From: Eledone cirrhosa
Lineage: Eukaryota
Reading direction: 5' to 3'
NCBI GenBank assembly: GCA_964016885.1
Contig: OZ024764.1
Coordinates: 9,362,001 to 9,426,000 of the forward strand
DNA: 64,000 nucleotides
Shown here: one piece after another, positions 52,718 through 64,000 of the stretch
Layout: every line of letters begins with the position of its first letter
Position numbering within the stretch: position 1 is the stretch's first letter
Translations under genes and position numbers: made by a program
The notes under the pieces: model-generated
Databases searched by the model: none
Told to the model about the DNA's origin: nothing
What the model saw: only the letters and a program-made list of their open reading frames with translations

Positions 52718-55700
52718 CACTCAACAGAGTAAGGCACTCCACTTAGGCCCCATTCCACACTCACTCAACAGAGTAAGCACTCCACTTAGGTCCCACTCCC
52801 CTCTCTCACTCACTCAACAGAGTAAGGCACTCCACTTAGGTTCCCACTCCACTCTCACTCACTCACTCAACAGAGTAAGCACTCCACTTAGGTCCCACTC
52901 CCCTCTCTCACTCACTCAACAGAGTAAGGCACTCCACTTAGGCCCCATTCCACACTCACTCAACAGAGTAAGCACTCCACTTAGGTCCCACTCCCCTCTC
53001 TCACTCACTCAACAGAGTAAGGCACTCCACTTAGGTTCCCACTCCCCTCTCTCACTCACTCAACAGAGTAAGGCACTCCACTTAGGTCCCACTCCCCTCT
53101 CACTCACTCAACAGAGTAAGGCACTCCACTTAGGCCCCATTCCACACTCACTCAACAGAGTAAGCACTCCACTTAGGTCCCACTCCCCTCTCTCACTCAC
53201 TCAACAGAGTAAGGCACTCCACTTAGGTTCCCACTCCACTCTCACAACAGAGTAAGGCACTCCACTTAGGCCCCATTCCACACTCACTCGACAGAGTAAG
53301 CACTCCACTTAGGTCCCACTCCCCTCTCTCACTCACTCAACAGAGTAAGGCACTCCACTTAGGTTTCCACTCCACTCTCACTCACTCAACAGAGTAAGCA
53401 CTCCACTTAAGTCCCACTCCCCTCTCTCACTCACTCAACAGAGTAAGGCACTCCACTTAGGCCCCATTCCACACTCACTCAACAGAGTAAGCACTCCACT
53501 TAGGTCCCACTCCCCTCTCTCACTCACTCAACAGAGTAAGGCACTCCACTTAGGTTCCCACTCCACTCTCACTCACTCAACAGAGTAAGGCACTCCACTT
53601 AGGTTCCCACTCCACTCTCACTCACTCAACAGAGTAAGGCACTCCACTTAGGTTCCCACTCCACTCTCACTCACTCAACAGAGTAAGGCACTCCACTTAG
53701 GTTCCCACTCCACTCTCACTCACTCAACAGAGTAAGGCACTCCACTTAGGTTCCCACTCCACTCTCACTCACTCAACAGAGTAAGGCACTCCACTTAGGT
53801 TCCCACTCCCCTCTCTCACTCACTCAACAGAGTAAGGCACTCCACTTAGGTTCCCACTCCCCTCTCTCACTCACTCAACAGAGTAAGGCACTCCACTTAG
53901 GTTCCCACTCCCCTCTCTCACTCACTCAACAGAGTAAGGCACTCCACTTAGGTTCCCACTCCACTCTCACTCACTCAACAGAGTAAGGCACTCCACTTAG
54001 GTTCCCACTCCACTCTCACTCACTCAACAGAGTAAGGCACTCCACTTAGGTTCCCAATCCCCTCTCTCACTCACTCAACAGAGTAAGGCACTCCACTTAG
54101 GTTCCCACTCCCCTCTCTCACTCACTCACTCAACAGAGTAAGGCACTCCACTTAGGTTCCCACTCCACTCTCACTCACTCAACAGAGTAAGGCACTCCAC
54201 TTAGGTTCCCACTCCACTCTCACTCACTCACTCAACAGAGTAAGGCACTCCACTTAGGTTCCCACTCCACTCTCACTCACTCAACAGAGTAAGGCACTCC
54301 ACTTAGGTTCCCACTCCACTCTCACTCACTCAACAGAGTAAGGCACTCCACTTAGGTTCCCACTCCCCTCTCTCACTCACTCAACAGAGTAAGGCACTCC
54401 ACTTAGGTTCCCACTCCCCTCTCTCACTCACTCAACAGAGTAAGGCACTCCACTTAGGTTCCCACTCCCCTCTCTCACTCACTCAACAGAGTAAGGCACT
54501 CCACTTAGGTTCCCACTCCACTCTCACTCACTCAACAGAGTAAGGCACTCCACTTAGGTTCCCACTCCACTCTCTCACTCACTCAACAGAGTAAGGCACT
54601 CCACTTAGGTTCCCACTCCACTCTCACTCACTCAACAGAGTAAGGCACTCCACTTAGGTTCCCACTCCCCTCTCACTCACTCAACAGAGTAAGGCACTCC
54701 ACTTAGGTTTCCACTCCCCTCTCTCACTCAATCAACAGAGTAAGGCACTCCACTTAGGTTCCCACTCCACTCTCACTCACTCAACAGAGTAAGGCACTCC
54801 ACTTAGGTTTCCACTCCCCTCTCTCACTCACTCAACAGAGTAAGGCACTCCACTTAGGTTCCCACTCCACTCTCTCACTCACTCAACAGAGTAAGGCACT
54901 CCACTTAGGTTCCCACTCCACTCTCACTCACTCAACAGAGTAAGGCACTCCACTTAGGTTTCCACTCCCCTCTCTCTCACTCAACAGAGTAAGGCACTCC
55001 ACTTAGGTTTCCACTCCCCTCTCTCACTCACACTCAACAGAGTAAGGCACTCCACTTAGGTTTCCACTCCCCTCTCTCACTCACACTCAACAGAGTAAGG
55101 CACTCCACTTAGGTTTCCACTCCCCTCTCTCACTCACTCAACAGAGTAAGGCACTCCACTCTCACTCACTCAACAGAGTAAGGCACTCCACTTAGGTTCC
55201 CACTCCACTCTCACTCACTCAACAGAGTAAGGCACTCCACTTAGGTTCCGACTCCACTCTCACTCACTCAACAGAGTAAGGCACTCCACTTAGGTTCCCA
55301 CTCCACTCTCACTCACTCAACAGAGTAAGGCACTCCACTTAGGTTCCCACTCCACTCTCACTCACTCAACAGAGTAAGGCACTCCACTTAGGTTCCCACT
55401 CCCCTCTCTCACTCACTCAACAGAGTAAGGCACTCCACTTAGGTTCCCACTCCCCTCTCTCACTCACTCAACAGAGTAAGGCACTCCACTTAGGTTCCCA
55501 CTCCCCTCTCTCACTCACTCAACAGAGTAAGGCACTCCACTTAGGTTCCCACTCCACTCTCACTCACTCAACAGAGTAAGGCACTCCACTTAGGTTCCCA
55601 CTCCACTCTCACTCACTCAACAGAGTAAGGCACTCCACTTAGGTTCCCACTCCACTCTCACTCACTCAACAGAGTAAGGCACTCCACTTAGGTTCCCACT

Positions 55701-56396
55701 CCACTCTCACTCACTCACTCAACAGAGTAAGGCACTCCACTTAGGTTCCCACTCCACTCTCTCACTCACTCAACAGAGTAAGGCACTCCACTTAGGTTCC
55801 CACTCCCCTCTCTCACTCACTCAACAGAGTAAGGCACTCCACTTAGGTTCCGACTCCACTCTCACTCACTCAACAGAGTAAGCACTCCACTTAGGTCCCA
55901 CTCCCCTCTCTCACTCAACAGAGTAAGGCACTCCACTTAGGTTCCCACTCCACTCTCACTCACTCAACAGAGTAAGGCACTCCACTTAGGTTCCCACTCC
56001 ACTCTCACTCACTCAACAGAGTAAGGCACTCCACTTAGGTTCCCACTCCCCTCTCTCACTCACTCAACAGAGTAAGGCACTCCACTTAGGTTCCCACTCC
56101 ACTCTCACTCACTCACTCAACAGAGTAAGGCACTCCACTTAGGTTCCCACTCCACTCTCACTCACACTCAACAGAGTAAGGCACTCCACTTAGGTTCCCA
56201 CTCCACTCTCACTCACTCACTCAACAGAGTAAGGCACTCCACTTAGGTTCCCACTCCACTCTCACTCACACTCAACAGAGTAAGGCACTCCACTTAGGTT
56301 CCCACTCCACTCTCACTCACTCACTCAACAGAGTAAGGCACTCCACTTAGGTTCCCACTCCACTCTCACTCACACTCAACAGAGTAAGGCACTCAC
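52718..56396. repeat. ~50-bp tandem satellite (~70 copies) filling the last KARS intron
   Basis: Unit CAACAGAGTAAGGCACTCCACTTAGGTTCCCACTCCACTCTCACTCACT. Confidence 0.97.
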
Positions 56397-56540
56397 CTTA
56401 ATGTTGTTGGAGTCAGTGAGGAACATGGTAACTCGATCAATACCCATACCCCAGCCAGCAGTAGGGGCGAGACCGTACTCCAGGGCCGTACAGAAATTCT
56501 CGTCAACATACATAGCTTCGTCATCCCCAGCAGCCTGGTC
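56397..56540 (-). CDS. KARS1: Lysyl-tRNA synthetase exon with class II motif 3 ([48 protein letters not shown])
   Basis: (TTA)n-CAG acceptor; AAG|GTGAGT donor; 144 nt, phase 0/0. Confidence 0.97.
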
Positions 56541-56571
56541 CTGTAATAATAATAATAATAATAATGATTTC

Positions 56572-57085
56572 ATTTATTAGCCACAAGGGCCGACATGTAG
56601 GGGACAATACAAAGACAGGGACAGTGGGGGTTTACAATAAGGTCGAGTAAAAGTGCACAATGGCAAGACTAATTTAACAATGAAAATATAAAATATAAAA
56701 TAAACTATGCAAAATATAACAAAATAAATTCCCCGATAGGGGGTGGACGACCCTGGGGTGACTCGGGTACCCCACCAATCCTGAACCACCCTGCGCTTCT
56801 AGGGCACCCAGGAGAGCACCCCTCTCCTCAAGTTAGCTAGCCTATAGGCGCATGGTCAGAGTAGGCCCATTCACACGAGCCATTCTTGCCACATTCACCC
56901 ACCTTTTAGCAAATGTACTGGGGGGGGGCAGCACTTCTCTCTCCACCCTCACCCTCCTTTCCAGGTGAAACTTGAAGAAGTTGATGAGGGATTGGCCGAA
57001 GAGAAAAGTGTCTGTCTTTAGTCCTTTCAACCTGGTCCACCATATAATCTCTTTCGCAACTGCCACCAGACAGAGGAAAATGTAA
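56572..57085 (-). mobile_element. Probable L1/Tx1-like LINE 3' fragment (related diverged copy at ~24300-24665, -)
   Basis: ORF remnant VAKEIIWWTRLKGL...FFKFHLERRVRVERE...RW, then a UTR with AATAAA and a repeat tail. Clade assignment is by resemblance only. Confidence 0.55.
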
Positions 57086-57430
57086 TCATTTCATTTTTTC
57101 ATTTCATTTTACGTCCCCTTTTCCTTGCTTGCAAGGGTGGGACGGGAACTGATTCTGGCTTGATTTCTACAGCTGGATGCCCTTCCTAACCCCAACCTCA
57201 TTTACAGTGAGTGCTGGGTGCTTTTTTTGCCGTGGCACCTCCACGACCACTTTGCAGTGGAATGATAGGGACCCCAGTCCCTATCATCTCATTTCTACAG
57301 CTGAGTAAACTGGAGCAATGTGAAATAAAGTGTCTTGCTCAAGGAAACAACACATCACCCGGTCTGAGAATTGAACTCACAACCTTTCGATTGCAAGGCC
57401 AATGCTCTCACCACTAAGCCATGTGCCTCC
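57086..57430 (-). mobile_element. SINE family 1, full length, in a KARS intron
   Basis: Reverse complement of 3342-3685. Confidence 0.92.
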
Positions 57431-57434
<4 letters not shown>

Positions 57435-57470
<36 letters not shown>

Positions 57471-59487
57471 AATTATTGTGTACAGTGCTCAGGTGCACTA
57501 CAACTCATCAAATGTGCGTGTATAGTACATAGAATAATGTACAAATGTCAGGGAAGGGAATAGTGTATAAGTCCTGATATACATGAGTGTGGAGGGGGAG
57601 TATTAGGTGTAGTGTTGGCGAATTTCTGGAAGCATGGAGGCCTTAAAGGATGCAGTGTCTCGACAGCTAACAACTGATGCAGGTAGTTTGTACCATGGAG
57701 GTTTTAAAGGATGCAGTGTCTCGACAGCTAACAACTGATGCAGGTAGTTTGTTCCATGGAGGTTTTAAAGGATGCAGTGTCTCGACAGTTAACAACTGAT
57801 GCCGGTAGTTTGTTCCATGGAGGTTTTAAAGGATGCAGTGTCTCGACAGCTAACAACTGATGCCGGTAGTTTGTTCCATGGAGGTTTTAAAGGATGCAGT
57901 GTCTCGACAGCTAACAACTGATGCCGGTAGTTTGTTCCATGGAGGTTTTAAAGGATGCAGTGTCTCGACAGCTAACAACTGATGCAGGTAGTTTCTTCCA
58001 TGGAGGTTTTAAAGGATGCAGTGTCTCGACAGCTAACAACTGATGCAGGTAGTTTGTTCCATGGAGGTTTTAAAGGATGCTGTGTTTCGACAGCTATCAA
58101 CTGATGCAGGTAGTTTGTTCCGTGGACGTTTTAAAGGATGCAGTGTCTCGACAGCTAACAACTGATGCAGGTAGTTTGTACCATGGAGGTTTTAAAGGAT
58201 GCAGTGTCTCGACAGTTAACAACTGATGCAGGTAGTTTGTTCCATGGAGGTTTTAAAGGATGCAGTGTCTTGACAGCTAACAACTGATGCTGGTAGTTTG
58301 TTCCATGGAGGTTTTAAAGGATGCAGTGTCTCGACAGCTAACAACTGATGCCGGTAGTTTGTTCCATGGAGGTTTTAAAGGATGCAGTGTCTCGACAGCT
58401 AACAACTGATGCAGGTAGTTTCTTCCATGGAGGTTTTAAAGGATGCAGTGTCTCGACAGCTAACAACTGATGCAGGTAGTTTGTTCCATGGAGGTTTTAA
58501 AGGATGCTGTGTTTCGACAGCTATCAACTGATGCAGGTAGTTTGTTCCGTGGACGTTTTAAAGGATGCAGTGTCTCGACAGCTAACAACTGATGCAGGTA
58601 GTTTGTACCATGGAGGTTTTAAAGGATGCAGTGTCTCGACAGTTAACAACTGATGCAGGTAGTTTGTTCCATGGAGGTTTTAAAGGATGCAGTGTCTTGA
58701 CAGCTAACAACTGATGCAGGTAGTTTGTTCCATGGAGGTTTTAAAGGATGCAGTGTCTCGACAGTTAACAACTGATGCTGGTAGTTTGTTCCATGGAGGT
58801 TTTAAAGGATGCAGTGTCTCGACAGCTAACAACTGATGCCGGTAGTTTGTTCCATGGAGGTTTTAAAGGATGCAGTGTCTCGACAGCTAACAACTGATGC
58901 AGGTAGTTTCTTCCATGGAGGTTTTAAAGGATGCAGTGTCTCGACAGCTAACAACTGATGCAGGTAGTTTCTTCCATGGAGGTTTTAAAGGATGCAGTGT
59001 CTCGACAGCTAACAACTGATGCAGGTAGTTTGTTCCATGGAGGTTTTAAAGGATGCTGTGTTTCGACAGCTATCAACTGATGCAGGTAGTTTGTTCCGTG
59101 GACGTTTTAAAGGATGCAGTGTCTCGACAGCTAACAACTGATGCAGGTAGTTTGTACCATGGAAGTTTTAAAGGATGCAGTGTCTCGACAGCTAACAACT
59201 GATGCAGGTAGTTTGTTCCATGGAGGTTTTAAAGCATGCAGTGTCTCGACAGCTAACAACTGATGCAGGTAGTTTGTTCCATGGAGGTTTTAAAGGATGC
59301 AGTGTCTCGACAGCTAACAACTGATGCAGGTAGTTTGTACCATGGAGGTTTTAAAGGATGCAGTGTCTCGACAGCTAACAACTGATGCAGGTAGTTTGTA
59401 CCATGGAGGTTTTAAAGGATGCAGTGTCTCGGCAGTTAACAACTGATGCTGGTAGTTTGTTCCATGGAGGTTTTAAAGGATGCAGTG

Positions 59488-59490
<3 letters not shown>
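57435..59490 (-). mobile_element. CR1/L2-type LINE 3' end with internal 61-bp tandem amplification
   Basis: Minus strand reads WNKLPASVVSCRDTASFKTSMLPEIRQHYT*, matching the WNxLP...FK C-terminal signature of CR1/L2 ORF2, followed by a 3' UTR and (ATT)n tail. Confidence 0.75.
57640..59490. repeat. 61-bp tandem satellite, ~30 copies
   Basis: CCATGG recurs at 57693, 57754 and onward. Confidence 0.97.
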
Positions 59491-60125
<635 letters not shown>

Positions 60126-60212
60126 TCATTTCGGGGTTGGTGTCATATTTAGTATGCTAGCAGTTATTTGGAACGTAACTTAACAAAGGTTCTTATATAA
60201 ATATTATCATTT

Positions 60213-61570
60213 CAACCCTTTCATTACCATATTTCTAATGAAAGACACTGTTGGTGTTTGGAACATAACTTAACAAAGGTTTTAGATAAATATAAACACT
60301 TTAACCCTTTCATTACCATATTTCTAATGAAAGACACTGTTAGTGTTTGGAACATAACTTAACAAAGGTTTTAGATAAATATAAACACTTTAACCCTTTC
60401 ATTACCATATTTCTAATGAAAGACACTGTTGGTGTTTGGAACATAACTTAACAAAGGTTTTTAGATAAATATAAACACTTTAACCCTTTCATTACCATAT
60501 TTCTAATGAAAGACACTGTTGGTGTTTGGAACATAACTTAAAGGTTTTAGATAAATATAAACACTTTAACCCTTTCATTACCATATTTCTAATGAAAGAC
60601 ACTGTTGGTGTTTGGAACATAACTTAACAAAGGTTTTTAGATAAATATAAACACTTTAACCCTTTCATTACCATATTTCTAATGAAAGACACTGTTGGTG
60701 TTTGGAACATAACTTAACAAAGGTTTTAGATAAATATAAACACTTTAACCCTTTCATTACCATATTTCTAATGAAAGACACTGTTAGTGTTTGGAACATA
60801 ACTTAACAAAGGTTTTAGATAAATATAAACACTTTAACCCTTTCATTACCATATTTCTAATGAAAGACACTGTTGGTGTTTGGAACATAACTTAACAAAG
60901 GTTTTTAGATAAATATAAACACTTTAACCCTTTCATTACCATATTTCTAATGAAAGACACTGTTGGTGTTTGGAACATAACTTAACAAAGGTTTTAGATA
61001 AATATAAACACTTTAACCCTTTCATTACCATATTTCTAATGAAAGACACTGTTGGTGTTTGGAACATAACTTAACAAAGGTTTTAGATAAATATAAACAC
61101 TTTAACCCTTTCATTACCATATTTCTAATGAAAGACACTGTTGGTGTTTGGAACATAACTTAACAAAGGTTTTAGATAAATATAAACACTTTAACCCTTT
61201 CATTACCATATTTCTAATGAAAGACACTGTTGGTGTTTGGAACATAACTTAACAAAGGTTCTTACATAAAATTATGATGGAAGGTGTTTAGATAAATATA
61301 AACACTTTAACCCTTTCATTACCATATTTCTAATGAAAGACACTGTTAGTGTTTGGAACATAACTTAACAAAGGTTTTAGATAAATATAAACACTTTAAC
61401 CCTTTCATTACCATATTTCTAATGAAAGACACTGTTGGTGTTTGGAACATAACTTAACAAAGGTTTTAGATAAATATAAACACTTTAACCCTTTCATTAC
61501 CATATTTCTAATGAAAGACACTGTTGGTGTTTGGAACATAACTTAACAAAGGTTTTAGATAAATATAAAC
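60213..61570. repeat. 89-bp tandem satellite (~15 copies) starting with a piggyBac-like terminus TTAACCCTTTCATTACC
   Basis: TTAACCC at 60301, 60390 and onward; same terminus as 26453-26490. Confidence 0.95.
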
Positions 61571-61672
61571 AATTTAAAACATATAGTTTAACAATTATAA
61601 CGTTAGACAGTATAACATTTTTAGGGGCTCAGTGAGCGAGAGGTGGGTTTATAGAATAAAGGGGTCACTTAC

Positions 61673-61758
61673 CATTTAGCTAAGGGGCTCATTACTTCTG
61701 GATGGTCAATAATAAAGGTAGGATTCATACATTGATCCTCCAGGTACTCTCCAACCAA
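61673..61758 (-). CDS. KARS1: Lysyl-tRNA synthetase exon (LVGEYLEDQCMNPTFIIDHPEVMSPLAKW)
   Basis: TAG acceptor after (TTG)n; TG|GTAAGT donor; 86 nt, phase 0 to 2; conserved NPTFIxDHPxxMSPLAKWHR motif. Confidence 0.95.
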
Positions 61759-62699
61759 CTACAACAACAACAACAACAACAACTATAACAACAGTAACAA
61801 CAACAACAGTAACAGCAACAACAACATACAAAATTATTGTTGTTTGAAGAGGAGGAAAGAGAGAGAGAGAGAGTAAGACAATAGAGAGAGAGGGGGGGGA
61901 GTAAAACGAGAGAGGCAGAGTAAGACAATAGAGGGGAGGGAGGGTAAGAGTCGAAAGAGGGAGAGGGAGAGTAAGACGAGAGAGAGGCAGTGAGAATGGA
62001 GAGAGAGAAAGAGAGAAAGACAGTGAGAAAGAGAGAGAGAAAGAGAGAAAGACAGTGAGAAAGAGAGAGAGACAGTGGGAGTGTAGAGAGAGTGAGAGTG
62101 GAGAAAGAGAGAGTGAGAGTGGCGAAAGAGAAAGAGAGAGAGAAGAAAGACAGTGAGAGTGGAGAGAGAGAAATAGAGAAAGACAGAGAGAAAGACAGTG
62201 AGAGTGGAGAAAGAGAGAGAGAGAGAGAGACAGTGAGTGGAGAAAGAGAGAGAGAGAGAGACAGTGAGAGTGGAGAGAGAGAAAGAGAGTGGAGAAAGAG
62301 AGAGAGAAAGACAGTGAGAAAGAGAGAGAGACAGTGAGAGTGGAGAAAGAGAGAGAGAGAGAGACAGTGAGAGAGAGAGAGAGAAAGACAGTGAGAATGG
62401 AGAAAGAGAAAGAGAGAGAGACAGTGAGAGAGAGAGAGAGAGAGACAGTGAGAGTGGAGCGAGAGAGAGAGAAAGAGAGAAAGACAGTGAGAGAGAGAGA
62501 GACATTGAGAGTGGAGAGAGAGAAAGACAGTGAGAGAGAGAGAGAGACAGTGAGAGTGGAGAAAGAGAGAGAGAGAGAGACAGTGAGAGAGAGAGAGAGA
62601 GAAAGACAGTGAGAGAGAGAGAGAGAGAGACAGTGAGAGTGGAGAAAGAGAAAGAGAGAAAGACAGTGAGAGTGGAGAGAGAGAGAGAGAGAGGATTAC

Positions 62700-62785
62700 C
62701 TTGTCCAGTAATCGGGTCGTGGTGCGTGGTGGTGCACATTCCACTCCGTTCTTCACACAAAGCTTATCAAAATAGCTTCGGCTGG
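62700..62785 (-). CDS. KARS1: Lysyl-tRNA synthetase exon (SRSYFDKLCVKNGVECAPPRTTTRLLDK)
   Basis: Matches the conserved eukaryotic LysRS segment VECPPPRTTARLLDK. Donor AAG|GTAATC. The acceptor CAG|CC at 62785 is preferred, but a second AG 4 nt further in cannot be excluded without the upstream exon. Confidence 0.9.
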
Positions 62786-62959
62786 CTGTTGTAGGGGGCG
62801 GAGAGATAAACAGAGAAATATAGACTTAGTACTTATATATATATATATATATGTGTGTGTGTATATATATATATATGTGTGTGTATATATATATATATAT
62901 GTGTGTGTGTGTATATATATATATATGTGTGTATATATATACACACACACACACACATA

Positions 62960-63530
62960 TTAACTCTGGATGTCGGTGAGCACGTCCAGCTAACCTCAGT
63001 CTCCTCTGTGTCACTTTGGAGTTGTATATATACATATATATATATATATACATACATACACACATACATACCCTCGGTCTCCCTCTTCCAGTGTGTCTGT
63101 GTAGGGGCTCCCACAGGAGGACTGAGTGCAGTGTCAACTCTGGATGTCGGTGAGCATGTCCAGCTAACCTCAGTCTCCTCTGTGTCACTTTTGAGCTGAC
63201 TTTCGGGAGGCTCCCATACAGCTCTGAGTTTACCATCCTCAGTGTATACTGATTAATGTTCAGAGCCATCCTCAGCATTCTCGTGTAGCACCCATCCACC
63301 ATCTGAGTGAGTTTCTTGGTCAATGTGCAAGTCTCAGACCTATACAGCAGCACAGACTCCACTACAGCAATGAAGAGGCGGATTTTCAGGTCTTTACATA
63401 TATATATATATATATATATCAACTCTGGATGTCGGTGAGCATGTCCAGCTAACCTCAGTCTCCTCTGTGTCACTTTTGAGCTGACTTTTGGGAGGCTCCC
63501 ATACAGCTCTGAGTTCTTCATCCTCAGTGT
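62960..63530 (-). mobile_element. Fragments of a third RTE-like LINE family (C), with three partial repeats split by (TA)n
   Basis: KIRLFIAVVESVLLYRSET...RMLRMALNI...RRLRLAGHAHRH. Related pieces at ~5640-5803 (-), ~44395-44587 (-) and a diverged one at ~45490-45680 (+). Confidence 0.8.
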
Positions 63531-64000
63531 AATTATGATGGAAGGTTTTTAGATAAATATAAACACTTTAACCCTTTCATTACCATATTTCTAATGAAAG
63601 ACACTGTTGGTGTTTGGAACATAACTTAACAAAGGTTCTTACATATAATTATGATGGAAGACTTTTTAGATAAATATAAACACTTTAACCCTTTCATTAC
63701 CATATTTCTAATGAAAGCCACTGTTGGTGTTTGGAACATAGCTTAACAAAGGTTCTTATATAAAATTAAGATGGAAGGTGTTAAGATAAATATAAACACT
63801 TTAACCCTTTCATTACCATATTTCTAATGAAAGACACTGTTGGTGTTTGGAACATAACTTAACAAAGGTTCTTACATAAAATTATGATGGAAGGTTTTTA
63901 GATAAATATAAACACTTTAACCCTTTCATTACCATATTTCTAATGAATGACACTGTTGGTGTTTGGAACATAACTTAACAAAGGTTCTTACATAAAAGAG
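63530..64000. repeat. Longer (~115-bp) variant of the same satellite, runs off the window
   Basis: 89-bp unit plus CTTAYATAAAATTATGATGGAAGG. Confidence 0.9.

Overview
Repeat-rich animal genomic DNA; the repeat families and (TA)n density suggest an octopus or other coleoid cephalopod (inference, not proven here). Two convergent genes are partly present. On +: the last two coding exons of a class C (mGluR-like) GPCR (7461-9083 and 33677-34609), separated by a ~24.6 kb intron. On -: the last five coding exons of lysyl-tRNA synthetase (62785 down to 52429), all splicing in frame. The rest is transposon-derived or tandem DNA: one apparently intact RTE-type LINE with a PHD-like finger inside its RT domain, two tRNA-derived SINE families, mariner, piggyBac-like and possible Helitron pieces, and many satellites. 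Most notable: (1) about a dozen minimal hammerhead-ribozyme motifs in at least five short repeat families, usually in fold-back palindromes bounded by (TA)n, resembling Penelope-like pLTRs, with no Penelope ORF seen; (2) at least six satellites that can be traced to tandem amplification of a short transposon segment; (3) a satellite built from a degenerate copy of a KARS 5' splice site; (4) the GPCR appears to lack the Lys that binds the distal carboxylate of glutamate. Repeat boundaries were read by eye and are approximate.
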